Notes under the pieces: model-generated
Told to the model about the DNA's origin: nothing
Seen by the model: only the letters and a program-made list of their open reading frames with translations
Databases searched by the model: none
Shown here: positions 60,772-64,000 of the stretch, piece by piece
Layout of the letters: each line of letters begins with the position of its first letter
Numbering within the stretch: position 1 is the stretch's first letter
Source: an uncultured Elusimicrobia bacterium
Lineage (GTDB): Bacteria; Elusimicrobiota; Elusimicrobia; Elusimicrobiales; UBA9959
DNA: 64,000 bases
Reading direction: 5' to 3'
NCBI GenBank assembly: GCA_903917735.1
Contig: CAIXBR010000047.1
Coordinates: forward strand, 44,670-108,669
Program-made: the position numbers and the translations under genes

Positions 60772-61806
60772 ATGACAAAACAGCCGCGCACCCCCAGAAC
60801 CAAAATACTGGCCACCCTAGGCCCCGCCAGCGCCGCGCCCGCCATGCTGCGCAAGCTGTACTTGGCCGGCCTCGACGCGGTGCGCCTGAATTTTTCCCAC
60901 GGCACCCTGGACTCTCACGCGGCCAGCGTAAAACTGGTGCGGGAACTGAACCGCAAACTGCGCCGCCACATACTGATACTGCAGGACCTCAAAGGGAACC
61001 GCATCCGCATAGGCCATTTTAAGGAGCCGCTGGAACTAAAAAAAAGACAGCGCGTCACCCTGGTGCAGGCGGACACGGCGCGCAGTACCGGAGAGATCCC
61101 CTTTGACTACCGCGGCTCGCTGGCGGTCATAAAGAAAAGCCACTTCATATTTATAGACGACGGCAACATAGCCCTTCAGGTTAAAACCGCAGGCCGGGAC
61201 TCCCTTTCCTGCGAGGTAACTGCGGGGGGGATGCTCAAGGAAAGAAAAGGCGTGAACATCCCGCTGGCCCACCTGGACTTCCCCCTGCTCTCGGACGAGG
61301 ACAGGACGGACATAGCGTTCGGCCTTGCGCTGAAGCCGGACTTTATAGCCCAGTCCTTCGTGCGCTCCAGGGCCGACGTGCTGGCCGTGGCCGGGCTGGT
61401 GAAGCCCCATCTGCCCTCCTGCAAAATAATCGCCAAGATAGAGGCCCGCGAGGCAATAAAGAACCTGGAAGAGATAGCGGAAGCTGCCGACGGGATCATG
61501 GTGGCCCGCGGCGACATGGGCGTGATGTTCCCGTTGTGGGAAGTGCCCATGCACCAGAAGCGCATCATAAAGCTGTGCAACCGGCTGGGCAAACCGGTAA
61601 TAACGGCGACGCAGATGCTGGAGACCATGACAGCCAGCCCGGTCCCCACGCGGGCGGAAGTTTCCGACGTGGCCAACGCCGTGCTGGACGGCACGGACTA
61701 CGTAATGCTCTCGGCTGAAACGGCGGCCGGCAAATACCCCGCCGAGGCCGTGCAGATGATGAACCAGATATTAAAGTACACGGAAGGTTCACGCGACAGT
61801 ATCTAG
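60772..61806 (+). CDS. pyk: Pyruvate kinase, short form (A and B domains only, no C-terminal regulatory domain)
   Basis: [85 protein letters not shown]. The ORF stops after 344 aa and the next gene starts 28 nt later. Confidence 0.9.
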   Translation: MTKQPRTPRTKILATLGPASAAPAMLRKLYLAGLDAVRLNFSHGTLDSHAASVKLVRELNRKLRRHILILQDLKGNRIRIGHFKEPLELKKRQRVTLVQADTARSTGEIPFDYRGSLAVIKKSHFIFIDDGNIALQVKTAGRDSLSCEVTAGGMLKERKGVNIPLAHLDFPLLSDEDRTDIAFGLALKPDFIAQSFVRSRADVLAVAGLVKPHLPSCKIIAKIEAREAIKNLEEIAEAADGIMVARGDMGVMFPLWEVPMHQKRIIKLCNRLGKPVITATQMLETMTASPVPTRAEVSDVANAVLDGTDYVMLSAETAAGKYPAEAVQMMNQILKYTEGSRDSI

Positions 61807-61833
61807 CGCAGACAACGACACAACACCTCTTCC

Positions 61834-63621
61834 ATGGCCATACTCCTCAGCTGCCAGAATCTTTCCAAGACCTTCGGCTCGCGCCCGCTGTTCGAGGGGC
61901 TGTCCCTGGGCCTTTCAGACGGCGAGCGCACCGGGCTGATAGGCCCAAACGGGGCCGGAAAATCTACCCTGCTGAAAATACTGGCCGGCGCCGAGACCCA
62001 GGACTCCGGCACGGTTACGCCGCGCAGAGGCCTGCGGCTGGGCTACCTGTCCCAGCAGGACCGCTTCGTGGAAGCCCCGGCCGGCTGGACCGTCCGCGAC
62101 GAGATTCTTAAGGCCCTGGCAGACCTGGACCTGGAAGAGCATGAAAAGGACCGGCGCGCCGACGACGGGATCGCCGGCGCGGGCTTCGCGGACCCGACCC
62201 AGCAGGTGAACGTCCTTTCGGGCGGCTGGCGCAAACGCCTGGCCATACTGGCGGCTAGCGTACGCCAGCCGGACCTGCTGCTGCTGGACGAGCCGACCAA
62301 CCACCTGGATATAGAAGGCGTGCTGTGGCTGGAGCGCTTCATCTCTGATTTTAAATTCCCTTTCCTGGTGGTCACGCACGACCGCCGCTTCCTGGAGCGG
62401 GTCACCAACCGCGTGATAGAGCTCAACAAGCGCTATCCCGCGGGCCATTTCAGCAGCGCAGGCAACTACAGCAAGTTCCTGGAGAACCGTGAAGCCTTCT
62501 TCGACGCGCAGGCCTCGCGCGAGGACTCCGTGCGCAACATCGTGCGGGGGGAAATAGCCTGGCTGCGCCGCGGCGCCAGGGCCCGCATGACCAAGCAGAA
62601 GGCCCACATAGAAAGGGCAGGGGAACTGATAAACGAGCTTTCGGAGCTGGAATACCACAACGCGCAGAACCGCACCGCCGGCATAGATTTCACCGCCGGG
62701 GACCGCCAGGCCAACCGCCTTATCCACGCCGTAAAAATAGAGAAAAGCCTGGGCGGCCGCAAACTTTTCGGCCCGCTGGACCTGACGCTGGGCCCGGGGG
62801 AAAAGCTGGGCCTGCTGGGCGGCAACGGCAGCGGCAAGACCACCCTTCTTAAAATGCTGGCCGGGCAAATGCAGCAGGACTGCGGCACGCTTAAGCGGGC
62901 GGAAGGCCTGCGCGTGGCCGTGTTCGACCAGCACCGCGCCCAGCTTAACCTGGACCACACACTGAAACAAGCCCTGTGCGGCAACGGCGAGCACGTATTT
63001 TACAAAGGCCTGCCCATACACGTTCGCGCCTGGGCCACCCGCTTCCTTTTCCGGGCTGAGCAGCTGGAGATCCCGCTGCGCCTTCTTTCCGGCGGCGAGC
63101 AGGCCCGGGTGCTTATAGCCCGCTTCATGCTGGAACCCGCCGACGTGCTGCTGCTGGACGAACCCACTAACGACCTGGACCTGCAGTCGCTGGAGGTGCT
63201 GGAAGGTAGCATGCAGGAATTCCCCGGGGCGCTGGTGCTGGTCACGCACGACCGCTACCTGCTGGAGCGCGTCAGCCGCCGCCTGCTTGCGCTGGACGGC
63301 CGCGGCAACGCCCGCTTTTTTGCCGACCTCTCGCAGTGGGAGAACTGGATGGCGGAACAGCAGGTCCCCGCGGCCGCGCCCGAGCGCCCGGCGTCCTCGG
63401 GCCCTTCGGCCAAAGAAACGCGGGAGCTCAAGGCCGCCATACGCAAGCTGGAGTCCGAAATGCAGACAGCCGAGAACCAGGCCGCCAAGGCCCGACTGTC
63501 ACTGGAAGACCCCTCCATAGCCACCGACGCGCAGGAGCTGGCCGCCCGCCAGAAAAAGTTGGACGAAGCCCTCGCCCGCGCGGACTCCCTTTTCATCCGC
63601 TGGTCCGAACTTCACGGCTAA
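61834..63621 (+). CDS. ABC-F family ATPase (two ABC domains + C-terminal coiled coil; Uup/EttA-like)
   Basis: Two Walker A motifs (GPNGAGKST, GGNGSGKTT), two signatures (LSGGWRKR, LSGGEQAR), two Walker B motifs (LLLLDEPTNHLD, VLLLDEPTNDLD). No TM domain. Confidence 0.9.
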   Translation: MAILLSCQNLSKTFGSRPLFEGLSLGLSDGERTGLIGPNGAGKSTLLKILAGAETQDSGTVTPRRGLRLGYLSQQDRFVEAPAGWTVRDEILKALADLDLEEHEKDRRADDGIAGAGFADPTQQVNVLSGGWRKRLAILAASVRQPDLLLLDEPTNHLDIEGVLWLERFISDFKFPFLVVTHDRRFLERVTNRVIELNKRYPAGHFSSAGNYSKFLENREAFFDAQASREDSVRNIVRGEIAWLRRGARARMTKQKAHIERAGELINELSELEYHNAQNRTAGIDFTAGDRQANRLIHAVKIEKSLGGRKLFGPLDLTLGPGEKLGLLGGNGSGKTTLLKMLAGQMQQDCGTLKRAEGLRVAVFDQHRAQLNLDHTLKQALCGNGEHVFYKGLPIHVRAWATRFLFRAEQLEIPLRLLSGGEQARVLIARFMLEPADVLLLDEPTNDLDLQSLEVLEGSMQEFPGALVLVTHDRYLLERVSRRLLALDGRGNARFFADLSQWENWMAEQQVPAAAPERPASSGPSAKETRELKAAIRKLESEMQTAENQAAKARLSLEDPSIATDAQELAARQKKLDEALARADSLFIRWSELHG

Positions 63622-63656
63622 ATATAGGACTATTTAATTTTATTTAATTTTAGGCC

Positions 63657-63684
63657 TTGACAGATGCAATATTTCTGCTAGAAT
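63657..63684 (+). promoter_or_regulatory. Sigma70-like promoter (TTGACA - 16 nt - TAGAAT)
   Basis: TTGACA at 63657-63662 and TAGAAT at 63679-63684, in an AT-rich tract with a tandem TATTTAATTT x2 just upstream. About 190 nt before the next CDS. Confidence 0.45.
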
Positions 63685-63876
63685 ATCCATGAGCCTGCGG
63701 CCCTTATAAACGGGATTCGTGGGCTCTTCCTTTTATCCATTCGGCAGGCAATAAAACCTGACTTAAACCGTTAAAACTATATGCGGCTCCCGCCCCGGCG
63801 GCGGGGCTGCGACACTTTTTACGTTTTGCGGTGTCTATACAATTAAGGTATCTGATATTTTAACGTAAGGGTTACC

Positions 63877-64000
63877 GTGCTATTTTCCAAACCTGGAGAC
63901 GAGGAATTGATAGACGACGTTTTGAACGGCGACACCTCCGCCTTTTCCGGCTTGGTAACCCGCCACCAGCAGAAGCTGATTGGTTTCTGCCTCTCAATGC
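63877..64000 (+). CDS. ECF-type sigma-70 family factor, N-terminal fragment (runs off the window)
   Basis: GTG at 63877 after AAGG. Translates VLFSKPGDEELIDDVLNGDTSAFSGLVTRHQQKLIGFCLSM, which matches the usual ECF sigma region-2 opening (L...GD..AF..L..RH...L). Too short to appear in the ORF track. Confidence 0.5.
   Translation, partial: MLFSKPGDEELIDDVLNGDTSAFSGLVTRHQQKLIGFCLSM

Noticed and set aside
61915-63249. 444-aa minus-strand ORF
   Set aside because: It is antisense to the ABC-F ATPase, which has two complete Walker A/signature/Walker B sets.
1-64000. Searched by eye for CRISPR arrays, rRNA, transposases/integrases, phage structural genes and toxin-antitoxin pairs
   Set aside because: None was found. 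The only regularly spaced repeats are protein-coding Ig-like repeats (diverged, in frame) and the short promoter boxes. The only RNA gene recognised is tRNA-Gly.

Overview
GC-rich bacterial chromosomal window; the taxon cannot be assigned from the sequence alone. It looks like an uncultivated diderm lineage. Coding is almost entirely on the + strand: about 40 CDS on +, one on -. The many long antisense and off-frame ORFs in the track are GC artefacts. The first ~31 kb is an accessory-looking cell-surface locus. In order it holds a two-component system (OmpR-type RR, HAMP histidine kinase, CheY-like RR), then a ~6,070-aa secreted giant protein. That protein has a DUF2341/LamG-like head, FN3, ~49 tandem Ig-like repeats and a T9SS/FlgD-Ig-type C-terminal domain (CTD). 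Next come a chimeric signal-peptide+CTD minigene and a PorV/PorQ-like outer-membrane barrel fused to TPRs. An orphan rotor/stator module follows: a FliF/FliG-like fusion protein, MotA, two MotB paralogues and a CheY-like RR. The locus ends with a second CTD cargo (SBBP beta-propeller/IPT), a second PorV-like barrel and a TPR-LysM protein. A third cargo/barrel pair (1,945-aa Kelch/FN3/CTD protein plus a PorV-like barrel) sits at 37-44 kb, after housekeeping genes and tRNA-Gly(CCC). The remainder is housekeeping: acyl-CoA ligase, CCA/polyA-polymerase-family enzyme, folE, speH/speE, a DksA-like protein, a complete MoxR-DUF58-BatA-BatB/C-BatD-BatE aerotolerance operon, rpiB, a transaldolase-PGI fusion, a short pyruvate kinase, an ABC-F ATPase and the start of an ECF sigma factor. 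No CRISPR array, transposase, integrase or rRNA was seen. The main candidate for a new system is the flagellar-type stator plus membrane-anchored FliG-like rotor protein. It has no other flagellar genes nearby and sits among T9SS-style CTD cargo/PorV-like pairs and a giant SprB-like adhesin. This suggests a surface-adhesin secretion or gliding machine driven by a flagellar-type motor, rather than by GldLM/PorLM.
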